The notes beneath the pieces are model-generated. The model saw only the letters and a program-made list of their open reading frames with translations, made no database searches and was not told the DNA's origin. Both the position numbers and the translations under genes were made by a program. Source: Iphione sp. A-MEVVRFRX5 (Eukaryota). From it: a stretch of 64,000 bases of DNA. Location of the stretch: NCBI GenBank assembly GCA_976226885.1, contig OZ320319.1:77810001-77874000 (forward strand). The letters are read 5' to 3'. Shown here piece after piece: positions 51,701 through 62,040 of the stretch (position 1 is the stretch's first letter; each line of letters starts with the position of its first letter).

Positions 51701-54456
51701 TACATAAGTACTGACAGTGAATCTTGGGATGAGTAGTCCATCAAAATACATGATGAATAGTAAACACCACTTCACCAGCAGAAATTATGGATAGCTAGAT
51801 TTGAAATGGCAGATCTGGACACAGGGGGGATTATTAGACTGAGTAGGAAGGAAAAAATAGAAATAGATGTGCTCAAGACGGAAGTAACAGACAGAAATAT
51901 TAGAATAGAATTTACAAGTACTTGTATTTACGTACTCTGTTTATACAAACTTTGAATACATGTTTAAGATTTTAAACGGTTTGAAACTACAATTCTACTA
52001 AATGCGTATAAAACACTGAAGTCCACAAACATTTCACCACCTTGTGAAAATAGCATAATTTGTAAATATAAAATAAAATAACAAAAATATTGTAAGATTC
52101 TCTTCACGAGCCTGCTACCGGACGAATTTCCAATAAATTTTGTTTGGTTTCTTTTACTATCACTGCAATAAAATCCTTGCCACTAAATTTCCCCATCCAA
52201 ATATGCTGGAGAGACTAGTGCAGCTGTGTTACCTAGCAAAATAATTAACCCTGTGAATATCAGTAAGCCATATGCTATCTCTCTAAAATACGGTGAAAGT
52301 GTCAACAAGGGTTATAATACAGATATGATGTTTTTAAAAGGTCTGTGATAAATGGACTGTTGATATCATACCTTTACATTCTTATATATGATACTAAATG
52401 ATTGGCAGCGCCCGATAACTAACTCATATACAAACAAAAAAAAACTCTGTATAGGAAATACTCTGGCCCTAGGATCCGACTGGAGGTCATAGTTACGTCT
52501 CACCCTGCAGCGTACACTGGGATAAGCTGAGGTTTGCGTAAATATAAGTAAAATGTAGGCGATCGTGGGTAGATTATACAACTGGACTGTTTGGGGGCAT
52601 GGGGGGGGGGTTTCAGATAGATAGTATATGTTTGTGTCCATATAGTGTTATACAAAGATGCACGCTCTGGTTATTCAAATATTAAGTATGACCTTTAACC
52701 GAAAAAAACTTGAGATTTTACATCCAATAAGGCCATACCTAGGCGTCAAGTGTTTTGTCATAGCTACACAGATAAAATGGCACTAAATGTGTACACAGTA
52801 TTATAATGACATTTTTTTGGATAATTTCCGATAAGATACGTTATGAGTTACACGGTTCGGCGTCAAAGATGCAGAGGAGATTATCTCGGTGGAGAGAAAG
52901 TAAGAGAAAGAGAAAAAAAATTAGAGTGGGAGTGGGTTGGAGGGAAGGAGGAATATTTTTTAGTACACATAATATTCGTCGATTTTAAAATGTGTACTTG
53001 AAATATACATTAATTCACAAACGTCACAGTAATGCTACAGAAGTCGGCTTGACACGTACTTGGAATCATCAGTCTGACTATAATTTTTGGTTTACTTAAA
53101 ATATTCTGATACTTATCATCTAATTACAGCCACCTGCAATTGCTCCTGTTAAAGATGAGATCAATTTGGTGATGTACTCTGCCCCCTATGCAACATTGAT
53201 TAAGAGGTCAGAACAGTCATTTTACGGAGCTTCATTTGAAATACTTATTGATTCACTTAGTTTCCTGTATTCTAGCGTCACAGATATGCACATATACACA
53301 ACTCAGACACAAAGTAAACAAAACTGAACGTTTTCCAGTTCAGAGAAATGACCTTCAGGTATAACTACCAGCGCCAACAGCTATCTGGAAGGGAGGAAAG
53401 TGTTACTGATATTTTTTTTCTGTTTTCATTTGAGCTCTCATCTTCTCACTGTCCATTAGGATGCAAGAAAGTACATCAATAATCATAACCACCACACGTA
53501 GAACAATGACCGTGAGGTCAACTTCTGGTAACTTAACGATGCCACATGAAAAGCTGTCACGATACAGTGTTCAATGTGTGAAATGTAAGGACGATAATGT
53601 AGACATCTAACAAGTTACAAGACACGAGTCTACAGACTGCCCAACTAGTTCCCATAGCCCGCTATGCGTGTACCACAGGGGTACAAGAACTGCCACTTAC
53701 TCCCGTCCATAAGGACGGTAAATGGGAGTAAAATTCAGGACACCTCAGAATAAGAAAAGTTTCCAGTGAAGATACTGGATTTTTGTCAAATTTGCGCAAC
53801 TGCACCTCAACAATTTTGCTGTGAAGTCAGGATTCAAGCAATGCATATATATCCATTTATATACCGGTATATGAAATTGTTGGGGTCTGTTTTGTTTGAC
53901 AATCATCAAATAATTATACATCTATCATAGAGCAGGTTAGGAGAGTTTTACATGTACATACACATATATAAATCATTTAGCTAAGATCGTCTACAAAACA
54001 AACCCGGCAGTATTATACACTGCCTGCCAGGTCCACGGGTGGATCAAGTGAGCCCTGCTCTCCTATTTATAGTGTAGGCCCTATACACCCTTACACTAAG
54101 TGATGCTCCCTATCTCTACTTACTGATGATCTGAGATCCCTGGTAAAAGACAGAAATAACTGCGGGACAAATCTCACAGGAAAGCACATACTTGAAAAGT
54201 GTACATATACTTCAAAATCTACAATACATATGGGTACATGTGCATGTTTCATGTAGCATTTGTGGTCATGCATCCATATACCTAATCTCGGTTTATCATG
54301 TCTATTTAAATATGAATCTGCATGTGTGTGTAGTCTCAGACGTGGACACGCATGCTTATACCAGTACATATATATGCATTGTAAGTGGTGGTGGTGGGGG
54401 GGGGGGGTGAACATGAATTGCTGAGGTTTGACTACGTGAGCTGCTCAACGATCCGG

Positions 54457-54489
54457 TTACTCGTGAAAGTTCAAGTATGAAATGATGTC
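54457..54489 (-). CDS. vWA / ET-like gene, putative terminal micro-exon DIISYLNFHE*
   Basis: catag acceptor, phase 0, stop after 10 codons. The alternative is read-through of the previous exon to the stop at 54691 (GVKVSE*). Confidence 0.4.
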   Translation of the reverse strand, partial: DIISYLNFHE

Positions 54490-54702
54490 CTATGCTGTAA
54501 CTCAAAGACCTCAGACACTCCATCCACCCCCCGGCCGCATCCCTCAGTTCATAGTTCTCAACAAGAACTGGATTTTCATCCTATCTTTGGTGTGTAGGAA
54601 ATACAGGTGACTTCATAGTCTCTCGGCTGCTCATTATCTGGTTTGGTTGCTGCACGTTGTAAGTTAATATGTATATGTACATGTGTGATTTTATTCAGAT
54701 AC

Positions 54703-55275
54703 CTTGACCCCCTTCCTGACGAGCTCCCTCTGGCGATAGCTCTCGGTGCTGCTGTCGTAGCGCCCCCTCCAGGCGTAGTCGCACACCTGCGCCAGCAGGG
54801 CGCGCAGTTCGTTCACCATGTCGGCGGGCGTGTTCGACCGCCGCACCGTCTGCGGCCGCCGCACGCCGCTGCGGGCGTACGCGCGCGTGAGGTCGGCGCG
54901 CGTGAAGCAGGCGCGCCGCACGTACAGCCGACAGCCGTGGCGGAGGGCGGCGTCGACGGCGCGGCGCTGGTGCGGGCGCGAGAAGAGCGCCGCCTCCCAG
55001 TGTCGACGACGGACGCCGCGCGTCACGCAGGCGAGCACGGGCGTCTTGACCGTCGAGGTGGGCGCCTGCACGGCGAACTCGTAGACGGCGGGCGGCGTCA
55101 TGTCGGCGTAGAGCTGGTGCTTGCGCGAGCCGAGCCGCTCGCCGTGGCGGTGTTCCCAGGCCTCGCCAGGGGGCGCCGTCTTCACCATAGCCTGCTGCCA
55201 GTGAGACCAGTCGAGGTGGGAGAGCACGAAACGGTCGCCGCTCACGCGCTCACGCAAGACTCGCTCGGGCCTCTT
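54703..55275 (-). CDS. vWA / ET-like gene, exon encoding a GIY-YIG-like (EFFECTOR OF TRANSCRIPTION-type) domain
   Basis: tacag acceptor; very GC-rich coding bias; motifs WSHW, PAVYEFAV, GCRLYVR, ALLAQVCDYAW; in phase with the exon ending at 61874. Confidence 0.8.
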
Positions 55276-55667
55276 CTGTATACAGGAAATAGAGGTGCAT
55301 TAAAGTAATTTATGTATATGTGCGAATGGTTTGGCGTTATGTATATATGTATACCTGCCTTACATGCAAAAATATTTTACAAACTTGTGGAAACTTGTGT
55401 CCTCCCCTGTCCCGCCCCCTCCCCCACCAAAAGCTCGGGATGAAAATGGCGCTTTACCATCCTAAACCACATCTATGCCCCCAGGGTTTTACCAGTTTCA
55501 CCATCATCGTGCATAGGCCGATTTTAATGCATTCAGCATTAGGGTATTTTTGCAGAGGTATATAATGGAAATTTTCATGGATTCATCAAATTTACGGTAA
55601 TTTTCCAACCACCCAAGAAGCATGCAACCACCAGTGGCATAGCCAACTTTTCCTATTAGTGGGCACC

Positions 55668-55924
55668 AAAAATTTTTGTACCAATGTTTATCACTAACAA
55701 TCAAGTTCTGACCTTTGACCTGATCTAATTAACATATCCTTTAAAAACCTCCACATTAGTCTACTTGGGTAACCAAAACTAGCTAAATATAACAAACACA
55801 GTGCTCCTGAAGAAGGTAACCCCATACCGAAACGTTGGGCAATACTGTAACATTCAGAAATAAAAGCCAGACTCATTAAACTGGACACCTGTGGTTGGGT
55901 TTTGTTTGATCATTATCATTTATA
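55668..55924 (+). repeat. Penelope pseudo-LTR, 5' copy (257 bp)
   Basis: I find no difference from 60176-60432 (offset 4508). The ORF track gives identical antisense 64-aa translations for both copies. Confidence 0.95.
55799..55847 (+). ncRNA. Minimal type I hammerhead ribozyme (5' pLTR)
   Basis: Stem I tgctc/gggca (extended by cagt/actg), core CTGAAGA, stem II ggta/tacc, GAAA, palindromic ACGT stem III. Predicted cleavage after GUU at 55836. Confidence 0.85.
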
Positions 55925-56116
55925 GATTTTTTCACTCACACTCAGCATCCATCCATAGGATCCCCAACCCAGGAGTCCGCCATTCCACACACAGGTCCAT
56001 TACTTCCCACTCTCAAAACTAGCCGCACGGCATAATTCGGAAGCAGTATCTCGATCAGATCTGGACCTAACGAAGGTACCTCCACCACACGGAATAACTC
56101 GAACACAACTACACCT

Positions 56117-56683
56117 ATGGCAGACTCGGATCAACAATCACAAAGAAACACTGACAACCAAACAACTGACCAGCAACCTGAGTCAGTAAGAATACCTGAT
56201 ACAGCTGTTCCGTATTTCCGCATGTGCCGGAAACTGGCACTGAACATTATCAAAGCAAAACACCACCATGACTACTTAAGAAGATGCATTGATAACCAGG
56301 TATCACCAAAGGGACTACAAATTCGTGTCCCAGCACAAATACCAGAACCAACACCCGACTTTATCATCACCTGGGAAAAAGCACATTTGGCTTTCAGTAG
56401 AGAGCTAACACAAATCCTTGCCGGATACTACTCACAGAGGGTCAACACCCTCAACACACAACTTGAACAATCCAAAGCGGAGCTGCAAAAGTTATGCAAC
56501 ACTCGACAACGGGAACACATCAATAGCATAATATGCAGACTAGAGACCACACAACAAACGTCTCTTCTAGAACGAAGAACAAGAAAAACCGGAGGTTTAT
56601 CCGGTACAACACCACAGACAAACGCAGCACCATCTTCAACCTCTCATCCTACACCCTCAACGAGTCAGAATGCTCAGTCCTAG
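56117..56683 (+). CDS. Penelope ORF1 N-terminal segment (separated from the RT frame by one frameshift)
   Basis: HHHDYLRRCIDNQVSPKGLQ matches the H..(F/Y)L..C....V.PKGL N-terminal motif of Penelope ORFs. One extra A in the A5 run at 56584-56588 would fuse it to the RT frame. Confidence 0.75.
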   Translation: MADSDQQSQRNTDNQTTDQQPESVRIPDTAVPYFRMCRKLALNIIKAKHHHDYLRRCIDNQVSPKGLQIRVPAQIPEPTPDFIITWEKAHLAFSRELTQILAGYYSQRVNTLNTQLEQSKAELQKLCNTRQREHINSIICRLETTQQTSLLERRTRKTGGLSGTTPQTNAAPSSTSHPTPSTSQNAQS

Positions 56684-58794
56684 AATTAGGCCTGAGCTTC
56701 GTCCCAACACCCCCAAAACCCAATAAGATCCACACCATAAGAGACACTCTACTATTCACCAGACGCATAAAACTGAAGCACTACTTCCAGGACATGGAAT
56801 CATCCCAAACCACACCCCTTTTTCCACAAGAGAAAACGGGATGGACACCCCCACCAAACCTTTGTGAATACATTGACACCAGCACCAACTACATTACAAG
56901 ACAAATGATGAAACCACTACCACATGCACGCCGCAAAGACAATCTCAACAATGAACAACGGCTAGCAATTCAAAGCTTAAGAAACAACACTGAGATAGTT
57001 ATCAAACCAGCTGACAAGGGAGGAGGCATAGTGATCCTGGATAGGATACACTATGAAACCGAGGCCCAACGACAACTGTCTAACACCAACCACTACACCC
57101 GCACCCCTAACGACACCACCCACCAGAGAGCCCAACAAATCACCCAAAGATTGTTAGAAATGGAACAATCCCGAGAAATCCCATTTGGAGCTCACAAAAA
57201 TCTATTACCAGCCAACATTCGCACATCCCCATTCTACCTACTACCGAAAATACACAAACCTAACAACCCAGGAAGACCGATCGTATCAGGAATCAACAGC
57301 CCCACCGACATCCTATCAAGAACTGTCGACATGGTACTAAAGCCCTTAGTGCCATTGTCATCCAGTTACATCAAAGACACTAAGCATTTCATTAACATCA
57401 TCCAAGCAACCAAGAGACTCGGCGACCGACAACACTTGGTCACCATAGACGTGTCGGCTCTATACACTTCAATCCCTCATGAGGAAGGCATTGAGGCTGT
57501 CCGATCAGCACTAACCGCCAAACCCTCCCCACACATACTACCAACCACAGCAGCCCACATTGTAGAAATGATCCTAAAGAACAACACATTCCATTTCAAT
57601 GGACAACACTACCATCAAGTCCATGGCACAGCAATGGGAACTAAGATGGCACCAAACTACGCTAACATATTCATGACACAATTGGAAGAAAAACTCATCA
57701 ACACCATGAATATCAAACCCATACTATGGAAACAGTACATCGATGATGTATTTGCCATCTTCGAAGGCACCCCTGATGAAATCGTGGAAGAACTCAACAA
57801 GTTGAATGACTTCCATCCCACAATCAAATTCACACATGAAATCAACGACAGCTCCATTAACTTCCTAGACACCACAGTATTCGTGGACGACAACAGACAG
57901 CTAATGACAAAACTATACAGAAAACCAACTGACACTTTCTCCTATCTCCACTACTCTTCTCACCATCCAACACACCTGAAAGATGCCATAGCCTACAGCC
58001 AGGCAGTCCGCATCAGAACAATATGCAGCAGACTATCGGACTTTGACATAGCATGCAAAACGCTACTCAAGCAATTAACCCTAAGGGGACACATCCACAA
58101 CAAGGTAAAGTCCGCAATTCAGAAAGCAAGAAATCTGAACAGAGAGGACCTCCTGCAACAACACAAGAAACAAGAGAAAAAAATGATCCCATTTGTACTA
58201 GAGTTCAACCCGTACCACCACAGAACACACCACATAATCAATGAAGCACTATCCCTCATCCCCAACCTGCCGAACAATAGGAAATTCCGTGACCACAAAT
58301 GGATGGTAACACATCGCAGAACTAGCAATCTTCGTGACATCCTGACGTCGTCACCTCACCCACGCAACCCTGCCAAGCCGGGGAGCACACCATGCATGAA
58401 ACACTCATGTAATCAGTGCGAACAAGTCAATCGCACAAACACTGTGACCTCCCACACCACTGGAGAAACCCACCAAATAAAGCACACCCTAAACTGTCAA
58501 ACAAGGGGCATCATATATGTCCTCACCTGTCCCGCTTGTGGTCAACAGTACGTGGGCCAAACGGGCAGGAAAGCCGGACAACGAATAGCGGACCACAAAC
58601 GGGACCTTCGTCGAAGGGACCGCAACTCACCTGTAACGAAACACATGTTGGACCATGACGTAACAGCAGAAGAACTGCAATTCTCCATCGTTGAGAAATC
58701 ACCGGATGATAAAAATATCCGGCTAAGACTGGAAGAGGCTTGGATCCGAGTAATCGACAGCACATCTCCGAGCGGCATCAACCAACAACTGTAA
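56533..58794 (+). CDS. Penelope reverse transcriptase + GIY-YIG endonuclease
   Basis: IFNLS, LGLSFVP, IKPADKGGGIV, YLLPKIHK, GRPIVS, TIDVSALYTSIP, GTAMGTKMAPNYANIFM, YIDD; CxxxxCxxC then IIYVLTC...YVGQTGR...RIADH...EEAWI...PSGIN. Confidence 0.95.
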   Translation: MQTRDHTTNVSSRTKNKKNRRFIRYNTTDKRSTIFNLSSYTLNESECSVLELGLSFVPTPPKPNKIHTIRDTLLFTRRIKLKHYFQDMESSQTTPLFPQEKTGWTPPPNLCEYIDTSTNYITRQMMKPLPHARRKDNLNNEQRLAIQSLRNNTEIVIKPADKGGGIVILDRIHYETEAQRQLSNTNHYTRTPNDTTHQRAQQITQRLLEMEQSREIPFGAHKNLLPANIRTSPFYLLPKIHKPNNPGRPIVSGINSPTDILSRTVDMVLKPLVPLSSSYIKDTKHFINIIQATKRLGDRQHLVTIDVSALYTSIPHEEGIEAVRSALTAKPSPHILPTTAAHIVEMILKNNTFHFNGQHYHQVHGTAMGTKMAPNYANIFMTQLEEKLINTMNIKPILWKQYIDDVFAIFEGTPDEIVEELNKLNDFHPTIKFTHEINDSSINFLDTTVFVDDNRQLMTKLYRKPTDTFSYLHYSSHHPTHLKDAIAYSQAVRIRTICSRLSDFDIACKTLLKQLTLRGHIHNKVKSAIQKARNLNREDLLQQHKKQEKKMIPFVLEFNPYHHRTHHIINEALSLIPNLPNNRKFRDHKWMVTHRRTSNLRDILTSSPHPRNPAKPGSTPCMKHSCNQCEQVNRTNTVTSHTTGETHQIKHTLNCQTRGIIYVLTCPACGQQYVGQTGRKAGQRIADHKRDLRRRDRNSPVTKHMLDHDVTAEELQFSIVEKSPDDKNIRLRLEEAWIRVIDSTSPSGINQQL

Positions 58795-58863
58795 GCGGGA
58801 CGTCGCCCGCCACGTCACCGTGACGTAACAATAGCCCCGTCACCATGACAACATCGCATCGCT

Positions 58864-59370
58864 ATGACAATGACGCAACAGCAAAAAACCTCCACATACG
58901 AGTACTTCAGTAACCGTTTTATCAGCTCTGAACTAATCTCCAGCATGGAGAAACTACAGAAATGCTCCATTTGTGGCGAATGGATGAAGAAAGGAGACAA
59001 GACCCTCCTAGACCACCTCAATCAGAAGCATAATCAACCAGGGAATAAAATCTCTGGTAAGTTGCCATGCTATTTCTGTATGAACTATTACAGCCGCTCA
59101 GACAGCCTCCAGCGGCATATACGAACGATGCATAATATTGATACCAAATTACCCCGACCAAAGTACACCCCTGTAAAAATGAACACTAAACCCAAAACTG
59201 TGAAACAAAATCATCGAGTGTGCCAGTCCCCATCCAAATACACTATACGCCTAGTATACAATACTCCGCTTGTCTGCAGAACGGACCCCTCCCAGTGGCG
59301 ACAAGTCTGGAACAACCACAACAACGGCACCAAGTATGACGAACAAGGCAGTGCACTCCACAATCACTAA
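58864..59370 (+). CDS. Accessory ORF inside the Penelope element: two C2H2 zinc fingers, 168 aa
   Basis: CSICGEWMKKGDKTLLDHLNQKH and CYFCMNYYSRSDSLQRHIRTMH fit C-x2-C-x12/13-H-x4-H. Confidence 0.7.
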   Translation: MTMTQQQKTSTYEYFSNRFISSELISSMEKLQKCSICGEWMKKGDKTLLDHLNQKHNQPGNKISGKLPCYFCMNYYSRSDSLQRHIRTMHNIDTKLPRPKYTPVKMNTKPKTVKQNHRVCQSPSKYTIRLVYNTPLVCRTDPSQWRQVWNNHNNGTKYDEQGSALHNH

Positions 59371-60127
59371 CACAAACAACAACAGCAACACCACTGCAGC
59401 CACCACGACGGTGAAACGTACTATTGAGATCGATCCTCCAGAACTGGATCCTACCGTCCGCAAGAGGCCCCGCCATGTACACCCCCTCGCACGCCTCACA
59501 TTACACAAGAGCAAGTCACGGATAGCATCAAGACTGATCAAGACTAAGGCCGTATGCAGCTCCAGCAGCAATACCAGTGTATCTTCAACCAGCTCCGTGG
59601 GTAGCAATCCACCACGAAAACCAGCTGAGGAGGTCAAGAAACCAATCGACTACACCACTCTACTGAAACGTGATTTAGAAGTATCGAGCGACGACGATGA
59701 ACCACCAGCACCAAGCAAGAAATCCAAACCAGTACCAAGCAAGCCTGCAACCAGCACCCACAACAAGACCCCGAGAAGCGTAGAGAAGCCACCATCCGAT
59801 ACCAAAGAATGAAACAACAAGATTCCCATGGACTGCAAACCGAAGCGGGAGAAGAACCCCCTGCTCCCCACTCCACGAGATGAGGAATATGTCCCCCACC
59901 CTGTAAAGCCAAGGACCACCAACAAGAACAGTGCAGACAACCATAGAGGCCTTTATGAACCAGTCCTAAGGGCCATTCCCACAGACGAATGGATTTATGA
60001 CATGTATCTCTTAGTAAAGAAGGCAGACACTTATATTGGTAACGCCATGGGTCGCGCCATGGTTATCCGCGGATTAGTACCAGAGAAACATAGATATGAA
60101 TTAAATAAGCAGTTCCTTAGACAATAG
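59255..60127 (+). CDS. Accessory reading frame inside the Penelope element: Ser/Thr/Lys/Pro-rich region plus about 100-aa C-terminal domain, interrupted by one in-frame TGA (59810-59812)
   Basis: ORF-track entries 59270-59812 and 59828-60127 are in the same frame, separated only by TGA and five sense codons (aac aac aag att ccc). Confidence 0.55.
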
Positions 60128-60175
60128 ACATCTGACCCAATTTTTGTACCACATAGTATCATATTGTATATGTAA

Positions 60176-60432
60176 AAAAATTTTTGTACCAATGTTTATC
60201 ACTAACAATCAAGTTCTGACCTTTGACCTGATCTAATTAACATATCCTTTAAAAACCTCCACATTAGTCTACTTGGGTAACCAAAACTAGCTAAATATAA
60301 CAAACACAGTGCTCCTGAAGAAGGTAACCCCATACCGAAACGTTGGGCAATACTGTAACATTCAGAAATAAAAGCCAGACTCATTAAACTGGACACCTGT
60401 GGTTGGGTTTTGTTTGATCATTATCATTTATA
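60176..60432 (+). repeat. Penelope pseudo-LTR, 3' copy (257 bp)
   Basis: Apparently identical to 55668-55924. Confidence 0.95.
60307..60355 (+). ncRNA. Minimal type I hammerhead ribozyme (3' pLTR)
   Basis: Same sequence as 55799-55847; predicted cleavage after 60344. Confidence 0.85.
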
Positions 60433-61033
60433 CATTTATGATTACTTGACATGAGATTTATTTGAAAGAGAGATATAAGAACTGCTATAGCCGCTCCAGG
60501 ACCATTTCAAGACTACATGGCAAAGGTCTCAGTCCCAAAAGCTAAATGTGATTCAAGTTAAACAGCCCTACGACATACTGCTGTATGATAACGTATACAC
60601 ATGTACTTCAAATTTTTAAAGATTTGTCCAATATTTCATCACATGATGACAAAACATCAAAATGTAGTTTCAGCGTGTTGGGAATTCCGCGTATACGGTA
60701 AGGATTTGTGGGTGATAACAACATGTACATCTTGTTAGCAAATATTACACATTCAAGTAACAGCATTAGGCCAAAGAAAATACATGTAGGTGTGTTTCTG
60801 GTAAAGACCAGCCAAAAACCTAGGTAGGGGGTGGGGTATCTTTCTGATTTTTTCCCCACTTTCTTCCTCTGGTTTTCAATAATAATAAAGACAATATGAA
60901 GAATTTTGACCAATTTGAATGAGTTTTACAGTTTTTTGCTGAATTTCCATGGACTAGTTGTTTTTCCACCAAGTTTACAAAACAAGCATTCGATGCAGCT
61001 AGTGCTGCAAATGGAGGTCATATGTGCTGCCGA

Positions 61034-61373
61034 CATCGTGACTGGTCCTTCCCGCTCCTCTGACAGCCCCCCCCCCACACACACACACAGCCGGCCCACT
61101 CACTAGCAGTACCTCCCCAACCTCTAAGGACCCCCCCAGCCAGCACAGAAATGTTGTAAAAACGTTGTAAAAAATGTTCTCAAAACGTTTTTAAAACGTT
61201 GTGTGTTGGCTGGGGGGGTCCTTAGAGGTTGGGGAGGTACTGCTAGTGAGTGGGCCAGAGCACAGAAACGTTGTAAAAACGTTGTGAAAACGTTGTACTG
61301 CTAGTGAGTGGGCCGGCTGTGTGTGTGTGTGGGGGGGGGGCTGTCAGAGGAGCGGGAAGGACCAGTCACGATG
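61034..61373. repeat. Nested inverted repeats around a small cccagc...gctggg MITE-like core
   Basis: Outer arms 61034-61112 / 61295-61373 (79 bp) and inner arms 61093-61146 / 61203-61256 (54 bp, 1 mismatch); aaaacgtt units in the loops. Confidence 0.9.
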
Positions 61374-61374
61374 A

Positions 61375-61476
61375 CCCACCTTCCCTCCCGCTCAGCCAGG
61401 ACCTGTCAATCACGTGAAGGTCCTGACTAATGTGAGGTCCCACCTTCCCTCCCGCTCAGCCAGGACCTGTCAATCA
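61375..61476 (+). repeat. 38-bp direct repeat, two copies (61375, 61439)
   Basis: cccaccttccctcccgctcagccaggacctgtcaatca occurs twice. Confidence 0.9.
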
Positions 61477-61873
61477 ACTAGGGCTGATGTCAGCTTTCAA
61501 CCCAATGCAAACTCCTTCCCTCACCAGTTCTACCATTGGAGCTCCCATAGAGATATCTCCACATCTCGTGGGAAGACTTTATCTCCTCAGTGATATAAGG
61601 GGGTGCAAGCTGGCTCAGACTTCAAAGAATAGGCCCCTCCCCCCATGACTCATTTTACTCGCCTCTATAATGGAGGTCAGCAATCCGCAACGATACTCCT
61701 ACGTATCGCAGATATGACCTCCATTGAATATATGCTGTGAAAACACATATCTAAGGAAATTTGGCCTTGGAAACTCTTGGGGCCCAAAACATTTTTAGGT
61801 AGAGTGAGGTTTTACTAGGTAGGGGTGGGTGACCAGAAAGACACCTTTTCTTTGGGGGGGGGGGGCCTTTTAC

Positions 61874-62009
61874 CTGTCTCCTTCTGCGCTTGGGACTGCC
61901 TTCTTGTTTCTCAACAGCTTCCCGTTTCTTGCCGCTGCTGGAGCTCTGTGGTCGTCGAGCCGCCCCGGTAGTCGCCGCTGTCGCCGTCGCCGTCGACGTC
62001 GTCGTCGCT

Positions 62010-62040
<31 letters not shown>

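Larger units (their letters stand above)
55668..60432 (+). mobile_element. Penelope-like retrotransposon (C-terminal GIY-YIG type), 4765 bp, pLTR-bounded, with an additional 3' ORF cassette
   Basis: 257-bp direct terminal repeats containing hammerheads; RT with YIDD and a C-terminal GIY-YIG endonuclease; uniform A/C-rich plus-strand bias throughout. Antisense within an intron of the vWA gene. Confidence 0.93.

Noticed and set aside
54643-55308. 221-aa plus-strand ORF
   Set aside because: Antisense shadow of the GC-rich ET-like exon.
56584-56590. Programmed -1 ribosomal frameshift in Penelope ORF1
   Set aside because: Codon register AGA AAA ACC does not form a slippery heptamer; a single-base loss in an A run is more parsimonious.
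60128-60432. SECIS element for the in-frame TGA
   Set aside because: No convincing AUGA / AA / GA stem-loop seen by eye; needs SECISearch.
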